Source: Candidatus Multivoradales bacterium (GTDB lineage: Bacteria; Acidobacteriota; Thermoanaerobaculia; Multivoradales; JAHEKO01). Taken from it: 64,000 nucleotides of DNA. A model generated the notes under the pieces. The model saw only the letters and a program-made list of their open reading frames with translations, was not told the DNA's origin and made no database searches. The stretch covers positions 1,120,001 through 1,184,000 of the forward strand of contig CBDCVR010000015.1 in NCBI GenBank assembly GCA_965223155.1, written 5' to 3'. This document shows, piece by piece, positions 29,266 to 37,277 of this stretch. How positions within the stretch are numbered: position 1 is the stretch's first letter; every line of letters starts with the position of its first letter. A program made the position numbers and the translations under genes.

Positions 29266-30575
29266 GCGGGACCGAAGGCCGTTCCGGCGCCGTCACGCTC
29301 GTCTACGGGATCGACGACCGGCCGCCGGTTTCCAAGGCCGTGCCCCTGGGCATCCAGCACGTGCTGGCGATGCTTCTCGGCAACATCACGACGCCGGTTC
29401 TGGTCGCCGCGGCGCTGTCGCTGGCGGTGACCGACAGCGCGGTCCTGATTCAGGCGGTTCTCTTCATGGCCGGGCTGGCGACCATCGTCCAGTCCTATCC
29501 GTTGGGTCCTGTGGGCGGCAGGATTCCGGTCGTCATGGGAACGTCGATCGCCTTTCTGGGGGCCATCGTGGGCGTGGCTCGTGAGTACGGCCTGGCGACG
29601 GTGTTTGGAGCCTGCCTCGCGGCCTCGGTGGTCGAGGTCGCTCTGGGCGCCTCGATCGCGCGCTGGCGCCGGGTCTTTCCGCCGCTCGTTACCGGCATCG
29701 TCGTCCTGTTGATCGGTCTGACGCTGATTCCGGTCGGGATGGACTACGCGGCAGGAGGCAAGGGCGCCGCCGACTACGCGTCGGCCACCAACTTGGGAAT
29801 CGCCGCGACCGTTCTCGTGGTGACCCTTCTGGCCAATCAGCTCGGCCGCGGTTTCGTGCGCGCGGCGAGCCTGCTGCTGGGAGTCCTCGTCGGCTACGGG
29901 TTGGCTCTGGCGGCCGGCCTGGTCGACTTCGCCCCGGTCGCCGAAGCCGCTTGGCTGGCCCCGCCCAGGCCCCTGGCGTTCGGCCTGGCCTTCGCACCCG
30001 CGCCGATCCTCCTCATGGCGTGCATCTACGTCATCTCGACCCTGGAAACCCTGGGCGACGTTTCCGGCACCCTGGCCGCGGCCGGACGCGAGCCGACGGT
30101 GGCCGAGCAGCGCGGGGCGCTTCTGGCCGACGGGGTCCTGAGCGGCGCGGCGGCGCTCTTCTCCGCCTTCCCCAACACCTCGTACTCGCAGAATGTCGGC
30201 TTGGTCAATTTCACCGGCGTGGCCAGCCGGCACGTCACAGCCATCGCCGGCATGGCCCTCGTGGCCCTGGGCCTGGTGCCCAAGGTGGGAGCGCTCTTTG
30301 CGACCATTCCGCCCGCGGTCATCGGCGGCGGCGGGCTCGTCATGTTCGCGATGATCTTCGCCTCGGGCTTTGGCATCCTGCACCGCTCGGTGGCGCTGTC
30401 TCAGCGGAATCTGGTGATTCTGGCGGTGGCCGTTGGGCTCGGCCTGGGGATCGAGCTGCGGCCGGAGGTCCTGGCGCTCGCGCCCGCTCAGATCCGGATG
30501 CTCTTCGGTTCGGGCCTGGTGACCGGCGGCCTCGCGGCCCTGGTCCTCAACCTGGCGCTGCCCGAGCGCGGCTGA
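29262..30575 (+). CDS. NCS2 (xanthine/uracil) permease
   Basis: GIQHVLAM, PVVMGTS, FPPLVTG, ETLGD, NAT motif SQNVGLVNFTG; overlaps the coxL stop. Confidence 0.92.
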   Translation: MSGTEGRSGAVTLVYGIDDRPPVSKAVPLGIQHVLAMLLGNITTPVLVAAALSLAVTDSAVLIQAVLFMAGLATIVQSYPLGPVGGRIPVVMGTSIAFLGAIVGVAREYGLATVFGACLAASVVEVALGASIARWRRVFPPLVTGIVVLLIGLTLIPVGMDYAAGGKGAADYASATNLGIAATVLVVTLLANQLGRGFVRAASLLLGVLVGYGLALAAGLVDFAPVAEAAWLAPPRPLAFGLAFAPAPILLMACIYVISTLETLGDVSGTLAAAGREPTVAEQRGALLADGVLSGAAALFSAFPNTSYSQNVGLVNFTGVASRHVTAIAGMALVALGLVPKVGALFATIPPAVIGGGGLVMFAMIFASGFGILHRSVALSQRNLVILAVAVGLGLGIELRPEVLALAPAQIRMLFGSGLVTGGLAALVLNLALPERG

Positions 30576-30588
30576 GCGGTGGCCCCTT

Positions 30589-31557
30589 CTACGCCGCGGT
30601 TTCGGAATCGAGCTCGGACTCGGACTCGGACTCGGCTTCGGCTTGGGCTGGAGTCCGGCTCGAGATTCGCAGAATCGCGCCGATCATGAGGACGGCGCCT
30701 CCGATCTGGAGCGGCGACAGAACCGATCCGTTGACCAGATAGTCGAAGACCACGGCCGAGAGCGGCAGACAGAGCTCGCAGATCGCGGAGACCCGGGCCG
30801 GCACCCGCTGGAGACCGAAGTAGTAGAGCAGGATGGCCGCGCTGCCGGTGGTAAGGGCGATGGTGACGATGACCGTCCAGTTGGCGGGGGTGACCTCGCG
30901 CAGCGGAAACCCGATCCCGGTCGCGGCCAAGAGGATGATGAGAAAGCCCGTGGTCAACCCGTAGCGCGCCAGCGTGGCCTCGCCGAAGCTGACCGAGCCC
31001 AGGATCTTCTTGCCGAAGACGGTGGCCGAGCCGAACGAGGCCGCCGCCAGCAAAGCGAAGGCCGCCGCTCGGGCCGAGGCCGCGCCGCCGGCCACGTCCG
31101 GCAGACTCCAGCCGAAGGTCAGGAGATATCCGCCCAGTATCGCCGCCGCCGCCCAGCCCAGGAAGCGCGGGCTCAGGCGCTCGCCGAGGAGCACCGCGGC
31201 GAGCGCGATGGCGAATACCGGCTGGAGCTTCTGAAGCAACACCACCACCGACAGCTGGTTGAAGTCCACCAGAAACAGCGCATGGACGATCGACAACGTA
31301 CCGACCACGCCGCCGGTGAGCGCGACAGCGATCAACGTCAGCCACTCGGACCATTCCAGAGCGCCGAGCCGGCGGTACGCGTGAGCCCCGGGCCGGGTGA
31401 AGGCCAGCTGCATCAAGGCGAAGGGCACGGCATGGACGAGGAAGACGACAAAGGGCACTGAAAGGTTGTGAAGCCGCGGCGTCAGCACGACCCCGTCGAG
31501 GCCCCAGAGGGCTGCAGCCAGGCAGATGGCGAGAGCGCCGAGTCTGGAGGGAGTCAT
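30589..31557 (-). CDS. DMT/EamA family transporter
   Basis: About 10 TM helices; LAAALWG, LLQKLQPVF, LGERL, LYYFGL. Confidence 0.85.
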   Translation of the reverse strand: MTPSRLGALAICLAAALWGLDGVVLTPRLHNLSVPFVVFLVHAVPFALMQLAFTRPGAHAYRRLGALEWSEWLTLIAVALTGGVVGTLSIVHALFLVDFNQLSVVVLLQKLQPVFAIALAAVLLGERLSPRFLGWAAAAILGGYLLTFGWSLPDVAGGAASARAAAFALLAAASFGSATVFGKKILGSVSFGEATLARYGLTTGFLIILLAATGIGFPLREVTPANWTVIVTIALTTGSAAILLYYFGLQRVPARVSAICELCLPLSAVVFDYLVNGSVLSPLQIGGAVLMIGAILRISSRTPAQAEAESESESELDSETAA

Positions 31558-31696
31558 CGTGCCGCGGCCTCCGCGCATTGGTTCAGCTTGAACGGTGGCG
31601 GCGTAGGGAGTATCGGCATCGCTGGAAGCTCGGGTCGATCGTGGCTCGGCGCCACGGCGGCGCCGAGTATACGGCCGGGACCGCGGCTAGAAAGCG

Positions 31697-32455
31697 CTAT
31701 CTCGCTTCGGCTTGCTCCGGCTGACTTCTCTGCGCCGCGATCTCGACCGGCTCGAAGGCCCGCGCCGTCCAGCGATGGAGCCTAAGAGGCGCCGGATCGC
31801 TCCCCGCCTCGAGCGCGATCGCCACCAGATGACGATCGTCGGGAGCGGCCAGGACGAACTGCCAGCGCTCGGCTGCGACCTCGGCCTCCCGGGTGGGCCG
31901 GAAGCGAAGGCCGTCCGCCAGATCGAAGCGGGCGCCGCGCATGCGGAAGGGAATGCCCGAACCGGTGGCTTTGTAGAAGGCTTCCTTGAGAGTCCAGTAG
32001 GCGAAGAAGAGACGGACATCGTCCGGGTTCGCTTCGAGAGCCGCGGTCTCGTCGGAATGAAAACTGTGGCGGGCGATCCGGAGCGCGTTGACCGGCCGGT
32101 CGAGAGTCTCAGCGTCGACGCCAACTCGCGCGCCGCGGGCGACCGCGCAGGCGATGAGCCCGCGAGTATGGGTCAGATTGAAATCGACGCCGGCAATCTC
32201 CTCGGCAAGGGCCGGCCGGCCGGCCCGGTTCGGACGGAATCGCCAGGCGGTTTCAGACCGGGCGGGACGGTCCTCTGTGTAGGACAGGGCGCGGCGCAAG
32301 AGCGCCCGCCCGGCCAGGAAGTTGGCGCGCGCCTCCGGATGTTGAAACGACCGGGCCCTGGGGCTGTGCTCGTCTTCGGAGTAGGGTGTCAGCGCATCGG
32401 GATGCGCGAGGAACAGATCGACCTCCGGCGCCTGGCCTATACTGATCGTCTCCAT
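31697..32455 (-). CDS. Sfp-type 4'-phosphopantetheinyl transferase
   Basis: GRPAL, FNLTHT, VGVDAE, FFAYWTLKEAFYKATG. Confidence 0.9.
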   Translation of the reverse strand: METISIGQAPEVDLFLAHPDALTPYSEDEHSPRARSFQHPEARANFLAGRALLRRALSYTEDRPARSETAWRFRPNRAGRPALAEEIAGVDFNLTHTRGLIACAVARGARVGVDAETLDRPVNALRIARHSFHSDETAALEANPDDVRLFFAYWTLKEAFYKATGSGIPFRMRGARFDLADGLRFRPTREAEVAAERWQFVLAAPDDRHLVAIALEAGSDPAPLRLHRWTARAFEPVEIAAQRSQPEQAEAR

Positions 32456-32466
32456 TTCGAGTCGCC

Positions 32467-33084
32467 GTGACCTATCGCGCCGTCGCAAACTACTACCGGC
32501 AGGAAGCCTTCGAGTTCTTCCGGCAATACCGGAACCCGTTTTACTCGCTCAACTTCCGGTTGCAGTTTAGCCGGTTGAAGGAATACCTGGACGAGCGCGG
32601 CTACCGCAGTTACCTCAATCTCTGCTACTTCGTCACCCGGGCGATGCAGCCGATCGAGGCCTTCCGCTACCGGCTTTTGGACGGCGAGATGGTCCTCTAC
32701 GACACCCTCCACCCCGCGATCACCGTGCCGGCCCAAGATGGTGCCTTCAGCTTCGTGGACTGCCGCTACGACGCGGACGTCGAGCGCTTCAACCGTAAGA
32801 CGGTGTTGCCGGACCCGGAGGCGCCGCCGCGTCTCGCGCCCCATTCGCGCCACACCAACTACGCCTACTTCACGGCCATTCCCGGGGTGCCGTTCACGAG
32901 CTTTACTCACCCCACCAACGACCGGGAGGACGGGGCGCCACGGGTGGCCATCAGCAAGCCCTTCGAGGAGGCCGGCGAGCTCTGGGTGCGACTGAGCCTC
33001 CAGGTGAACCACGTCTTTGTGGATGGCCGGCCGCTGGGCGAGCTCTACGAGCGCTGCGTGGCCGAGTTCGCGAATCCGGGCTGA
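32467..33084 (+). CDS. CatA-like O-acetyltransferase
   Basis: RQEAFEFF, FRYR, AIPGVPFTSF, QVNHVFVDG (catalytic His motif); TATACT at 32438-32443. Confidence 0.82.
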   Translation: MTYRAVANYYRQEAFEFFRQYRNPFYSLNFRLQFSRLKEYLDERGYRSYLNLCYFVTRAMQPIEAFRYRLLDGEMVLYDTLHPAITVPAQDGAFSFVDCRYDADVERFNRKTVLPDPEAPPRLAPHSRHTNYAYFTAIPGVPFTSFTHPTNDREDGAPRVAISKPFEEAGELWVRLSLQVNHVFVDGRPLGELYERCVAEFANPG

Positions 33085-33341
33085 AGATCTTTTCGACGGG
33101 AGGAATGCCGGGCGGCCCGGATCGTCAGGACGATGCCCGTTTCCGTCGGATCGGGCGTCAACACCTTCGACTCCTAGGATCGAGCCTTGGGGTTGACTTG
33201 CGAATCGCAACGTCTTCCCCTACCCTGGCCGCGTGGTTGGTAATGGTTGTGTCGAATCTTCGGTTGCGCGAGCCCGTCGCTCTCAGGGCTTTCTGAGCCG
33301 CGAGTCGTCGTCCGCCAACGCATTCCAGCCCGTGACCAGCG

Positions 33342-36300
33342 ATGGAGTGGGTTGGCATGGGACGACAGAAGGCTAGCCCCTCCCGCCGATACCGAAGAAT
33401 CGGGAGCATCTGGGTTGCGGCACTCGCCGTAGCGGCACTGACCACCGCCCAGGAACCCGACCCGGGGCCGGAGGATCCTCCGGTCGGCGCCGACGTCAAT
33501 GATGCCCTTGTCGTCTCGCAGAACCTGCCGGACGCGATGTACTGCGGCGACACCGAGTCGTTCACGATTCGGCTCGAGAACGTCGGTACGGGCGACTGGA
33601 CCGAGGACGGTACGAACGGGCACCGGCTCGGGGTCACGGACAACGACGATCCGTTCCGCTCAAACGGCTCGAAGGTCCGGCTCCCCGCGGGCACGACCAT
33701 CGCTCCGGGACAGCGGCACACGTTCACCGTCGAGTTGACCGCGCCCGAGACCCACGGTGTCGTACGCACGGAGTGGCAGATGGCCGAGCAGGGGGTCGAA
33801 TGGTTCGGTTCGATCGTCTTCAAGGACATCAACGTCGTCTGCGGGGACCATGCGGTCCTCGCCGCCGAGGCGTTCCCGACGGCCATGAACTGCTCTTCGG
33901 AAGACGAAGCCACGGTGACGCTCCAGAACCTGGGCTCGACCGACTGGACCGACGCGGCCGGGTTCTATCTCGCCAACGTGGGCACGAGCGATGCCTTCAA
34001 TCCGTCCGGCGCTCCGGTGCGCTTGCCGAGCAATGTCACGGTCGGTCGCGGCGGAGGTCAGTACCCCTTCAAGGTTCCGCTCCAGGCCCCGAGCGACACG
34101 CACCAGAACGACGTCATGACGCTCTGGCAGATGGAGCACAACGGCGAACCCTTCGGTCCGCTCGTGACTGCCAGGATCGACGTTGATTGCGTCAACGCTG
34201 CGACCCGGGTCTCGGACACCCTGCCGGATTCCATGACCTGCGGCTCGACCCTGGTGCGCGAGGTGACGCTTCGCAACGGCGGCTCGAAACCCTGGACCGC
34301 AGCCGGCGGTCATCAACTGGGGGTTCCCGGGGATACCGATCCCTTCAACCCGAGCGGCGCCCGGGTCCACCTGCCGGCGAGCCTCGCGATCGAAGAGAAC
34401 GACTCCCACACCTTCGACGTCTCGCTGGTAGCGCCCGAGACGGCAACGACTCTGACCACCGAGTGGCAGATGGTCGAGAACGGGCAGTGGTTCGGCGAGA
34501 AGGTCTCAAAGACCATCACCGTGGTCTGTCAAGACGCTGCCCAGGCTATTGGTCACAACTTGCCGTCGCAGATGGCCTGTGGCGAAGTGGGGACCTATGC
34601 CGTAACGATGAAGAACACGGGCGACACGGTCTGGACACGGGCGGACGGCTACAAACTGGGCCCGACGGGAGGAAGCGACCCGTTCCGGGCCGATGCGACC
34701 CGGGTTCAGCTGCCCACGAGCGCCTCGATTGCCCCGCAATCCCAGCATTCGTTCTCGGTCGCCTTGACCGCGCCGTCGCAGCCCGGAAGCTATGTGACGG
34801 AATGGCAGATGGTCAACGAGGGCGTCGGCTGGTTCGGCGTCGTCGTCTCTCATCCCATCGAGGTGACCTGCCAGACGGGGGCCAACGACGCCGACATCGT
34901 CTCCGCCAACGTTCCGTCTCCGATGGCACTCGGCTCGACCCATACGATCTCAGTAAGTGTTGCCAACAACGGCACCTCGACTTGGCAGGCCGGCACCCAT
35001 CGGCTGGCCGTCGACGCCGACCTCGACTTCTTCCCGGCGAGCGTGGAGCTGCCGGCAGGTGCACAGATCGACGAATCTGGTTCGCACTCGTTCGTCTTCG
35101 AGGTCACGATCCCGACGACGGCAACGCTAGGCAACCAAGTCATCCAGTGGCAGATGGAGACGGTGAGCGGAGACGCGTTCGGCGAGACCGAGAGCACTGT
35201 GGTCAAGGTCGTCGATCCGTCCACTGCCCTGCCGATGGTTGACTCCGAGCTCATCGTCGTGCCCCTGGGAGCGGTGACGCGCGCCAGTCTCACGGGATCG
35301 GGCCTCTCGGGCGCCGAGGTCTCCTTTGCCCGGCCGGCGACCGGCGATCCGGCGAGCACTCCCCTCGCCAGCGCCGTGACTTCGTCCGGCCAGCAGCTGG
35401 CCTTCGACGTCGATACTCGAGGGGCGACCGAGACCGGCTTTCATGTCCTGACGATCGAGACCGCCGGTGGCGTTGAGTCGGCACTCGTCCGCGTCCTTGC
35501 TCCCGGACCGGTGGTGGACACCTACACACCGAGCGAGGTCGCCCGAGGTGAGACCTACGTGCTTCACATCGTTGGTGCGAATCTAGGTGGCGGCTCGATT
35601 TCCACTTCCAGCTCTGGCATTCAGCTCCACTCGGTCCACGCCGAAACCAATGGGATATCGGCTGTCCTGTCCGTGGAGGATGACGCGTCGACCGGCGAGC
35701 GCGAACTGTCGGTCATGACGTCGGCCGGCTCCGTCAGCCTTCCGCTCCGCGTGCTTGCATCTTTGTCCGGTGGCTCTCCGGCGACTCGGACCCTCGGAGG
35801 CGCACGCTTCCAGACGCCCGCGACCTACGGGGACTTTACGAATCCCAAATCGACGATTCCGGAAAACGCCTTCTTCGCGGGTTGCTACGACAAGAACTTC
35901 CGCTACAACGTCATCAATCACACTTCGACGCAACTGATTCTCGAAGACCTGCAGACGGCAGCCGCGGTTCTGCCCGGCGATGTGGTCAATCTTGTTCCCG
36001 AGATCGGACGGGTTCTTGACGCGACCGTTCTGCAGACCCATGCTCGGATCGAGGTCGAGGGGGCCGTCGTCGTCTGCGTCTTCTTTGAACCGCTCACCGG
36101 GACCTTCGAGTGGGGCTACAACATCGATCTCTGCATCCGGGCGGAAGCCCGCATCACGATTCCGCTGGTGCGGGGCTACATGTTCACCAAGGAATGGTGT
36201 TTCGGAGTCCAGCGCGAAGAGCCTCCGACCGAAACCGAGCCCACCGGAGACATGGAGTCCTTCTCCGTGCGCCACAGCGATGCCTGTGTCAAGGTCGTCG

Positions 36301-37277
36301 AGATCTCGATCGTGGATGGAGAACCTGAAGATCCCAACCGTCCGCCCACCGGCGTCAAGCGGGTGGAAGTCGCCATTCCCAGGGACTGCGGCTGCGAGCA
36401 GGGCGCTCCCCGAGACGGCATCCTCAGCGCCCGCGCCATCGGCAGCGGCTTTACGGATTTCGACACCGGGGACGAGGACGTCGCGGACACCCACGTCACC
36501 TGCGCCACGTCCTGTACCGGTGAAGAGGTGGAGATCGAGATCAGGACCTTTATCCCGACGAACCGGGCAGATCCGCCCGGATTTGCCCTCCACGTCGGGT
36601 GTTTCAAGAACACGTCCTTCCTCCCGACGACCTTTTCCGGCGATGACCGGTGGCTGGACCCAAACCCGGCCCCGCAGCCACTTCCACAGTATCCTGACTT
36701 GCCTTCGAGGAGGAACCGGTTTCGGACGCAGCAGACCCTCCGGCTACGAATCGATCAGGACCAGGAGCCGCTTGTGCTTTCGTCGAGCGCTGACACAGGG
36801 ACGACCTTTGAATTCGAGAAGCTGTCGACGCTGGCAGGCGACAATCGGGTCGACTTCCGGGACGCTGAGGACGGTGGAGACCACGATGGCGTGCTCGGCG
36901 ACTGTCACCTTTTGCATCGGTCTGGCGCGGCTCCCACCGACAAGCTGCGGTGGACGGCGACGGCAACCCTGCCAGGTCACCTGGGGTTGCTTGTCACGGG
37001 AGAAGCCGGAGACCCGCTTGTCGCAGGTGCGGCGCCCCTCGGCTATTCCTTCCAGGCTACCTTTCGGCGAAACTCGGACGGCTCTCTCACCTGGGCGATG
37101 AACGGTGCCCATGACTGTCAACCGGCGTTCGAGGTCTACATTAACGACGATCTGATCCATCATTATCCGCAGAGTCGGCCTCAGGTAACTGATCCCAATG
37201 ACCTTTGGCATTGTCTTGGTGGAAATCTTGAAATAGAGACGGGACTCCTCGAAGGAGAAATACCGTGTACACAATGA
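33342..37277 (+). CDS. Large secreted protein: 5 NBR1-Ig-like repeats, 2 IPT-like domains, Cys-rich region, DUF3238-like C-terminus
   Basis: Five ~115-aa repeats (N.G...W...LG..DPF...LP...F.V.L.AP...WQM...FG); C-terminal IRTFIP, FSGDDR, RTQQ, HDCQPAFEVYIN. Start uncertain; DUF3238 call is from motif recall. Confidence 0.75.
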   Translation: MEWVGMGRQKASPSRRYRRIGSIWVAALAVAALTTAQEPDPGPEDPPVGADVNDALVVSQNLPDAMYCGDTESFTIRLENVGTGDWTEDGTNGHRLGVTDNDDPFRSNGSKVRLPAGTTIAPGQRHTFTVELTAPETHGVVRTEWQMAEQGVEWFGSIVFKDINVVCGDHAVLAAEAFPTAMNCSSEDEATVTLQNLGSTDWTDAAGFYLANVGTSDAFNPSGAPVRLPSNVTVGRGGGQYPFKVPLQAPSDTHQNDVMTLWQMEHNGEPFGPLVTARIDVDCVNAATRVSDTLPDSMTCGSTLVREVTLRNGGSKPWTAAGGHQLGVPGDTDPFNPSGARVHLPASLAIEENDSHTFDVSLVAPETATTLTTEWQMVENGQWFGEKVSKTITVVCQDAAQAIGHNLPSQMACGEVGTYAVTMKNTGDTVWTRADGYKLGPTGGSDPFRADATRVQLPTSASIAPQSQHSFSVALTAPSQPGSYVTEWQMVNEGVGWFGVVVSHPIEVTCQTGANDADIVSANVPSPMALGSTHTISVSVANNGTSTWQAGTHRLAVDADLDFFPASVELPAGAQIDESGSHSFVFEVTIPTTATLGNQVIQWQMETVSGDAFGETESTVVKVVDPSTALPMVDSELIVVPLGAVTRASLTGSGLSGAEVSFARPATGDPASTPLASAVTSSGQQLAFDVDTRGATETGFHVLTIETAGGVESALVRVLAPGPVVDTYTPSEVARGETYVLHIVGANLGGGSISTSSSGIQLHSVHAETNGISAVLSVEDDASTGERELSVMTSAGSVSLPLRVLASLSGGSPATRTLGGARFQTPATYGDFTNPKSTIPENAFFAGCYDKNFRYNVINHTSTQLILEDLQTAAAVLPGDVVNLVPEIGRVLDATVLQTHARIEVEGAVVVCVFFEPLTGTFEWGYNIDLCIRAEARITIPLVRGYMFTKEWCFGVQREEPPTETEPTGDMESFSVRHSDACVKVVEISIVDGEPEDPNRPPTGVKRVEVAIPRDCGCEQGAPRDGILSARAIGSGFTDFDTGDEDVADTHVTCATSCTGEEVEIEIRTFIPTNRADPPGFALHVGCFKNTSFLPTTFSGDDRWLDPNPAPQPLPQYPDLPSRRNRFRTQQTLRLRIDQDQEPLVLSSSADTGTTFEFEKLSTLAGDNRVDFRDAEDGGDHDGVLGDCHLLHRSGAAPTDKLRWTATATLPGHLGLLVTGEAGDPLVAGAAPLGYSFQATFRRNSDGSLTWAMNGAHDCQPAFEVYINDDLIHHYPQSRPQVTDPNDLWHCLGGNLEIETGLLEGEIPCTQ

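Noticed and set aside
30600-30645. TCGGAC hexamer repeat
   Set aside because: Encodes a low-complexity ESESES tail of the DMT protein; no further evidence of function.
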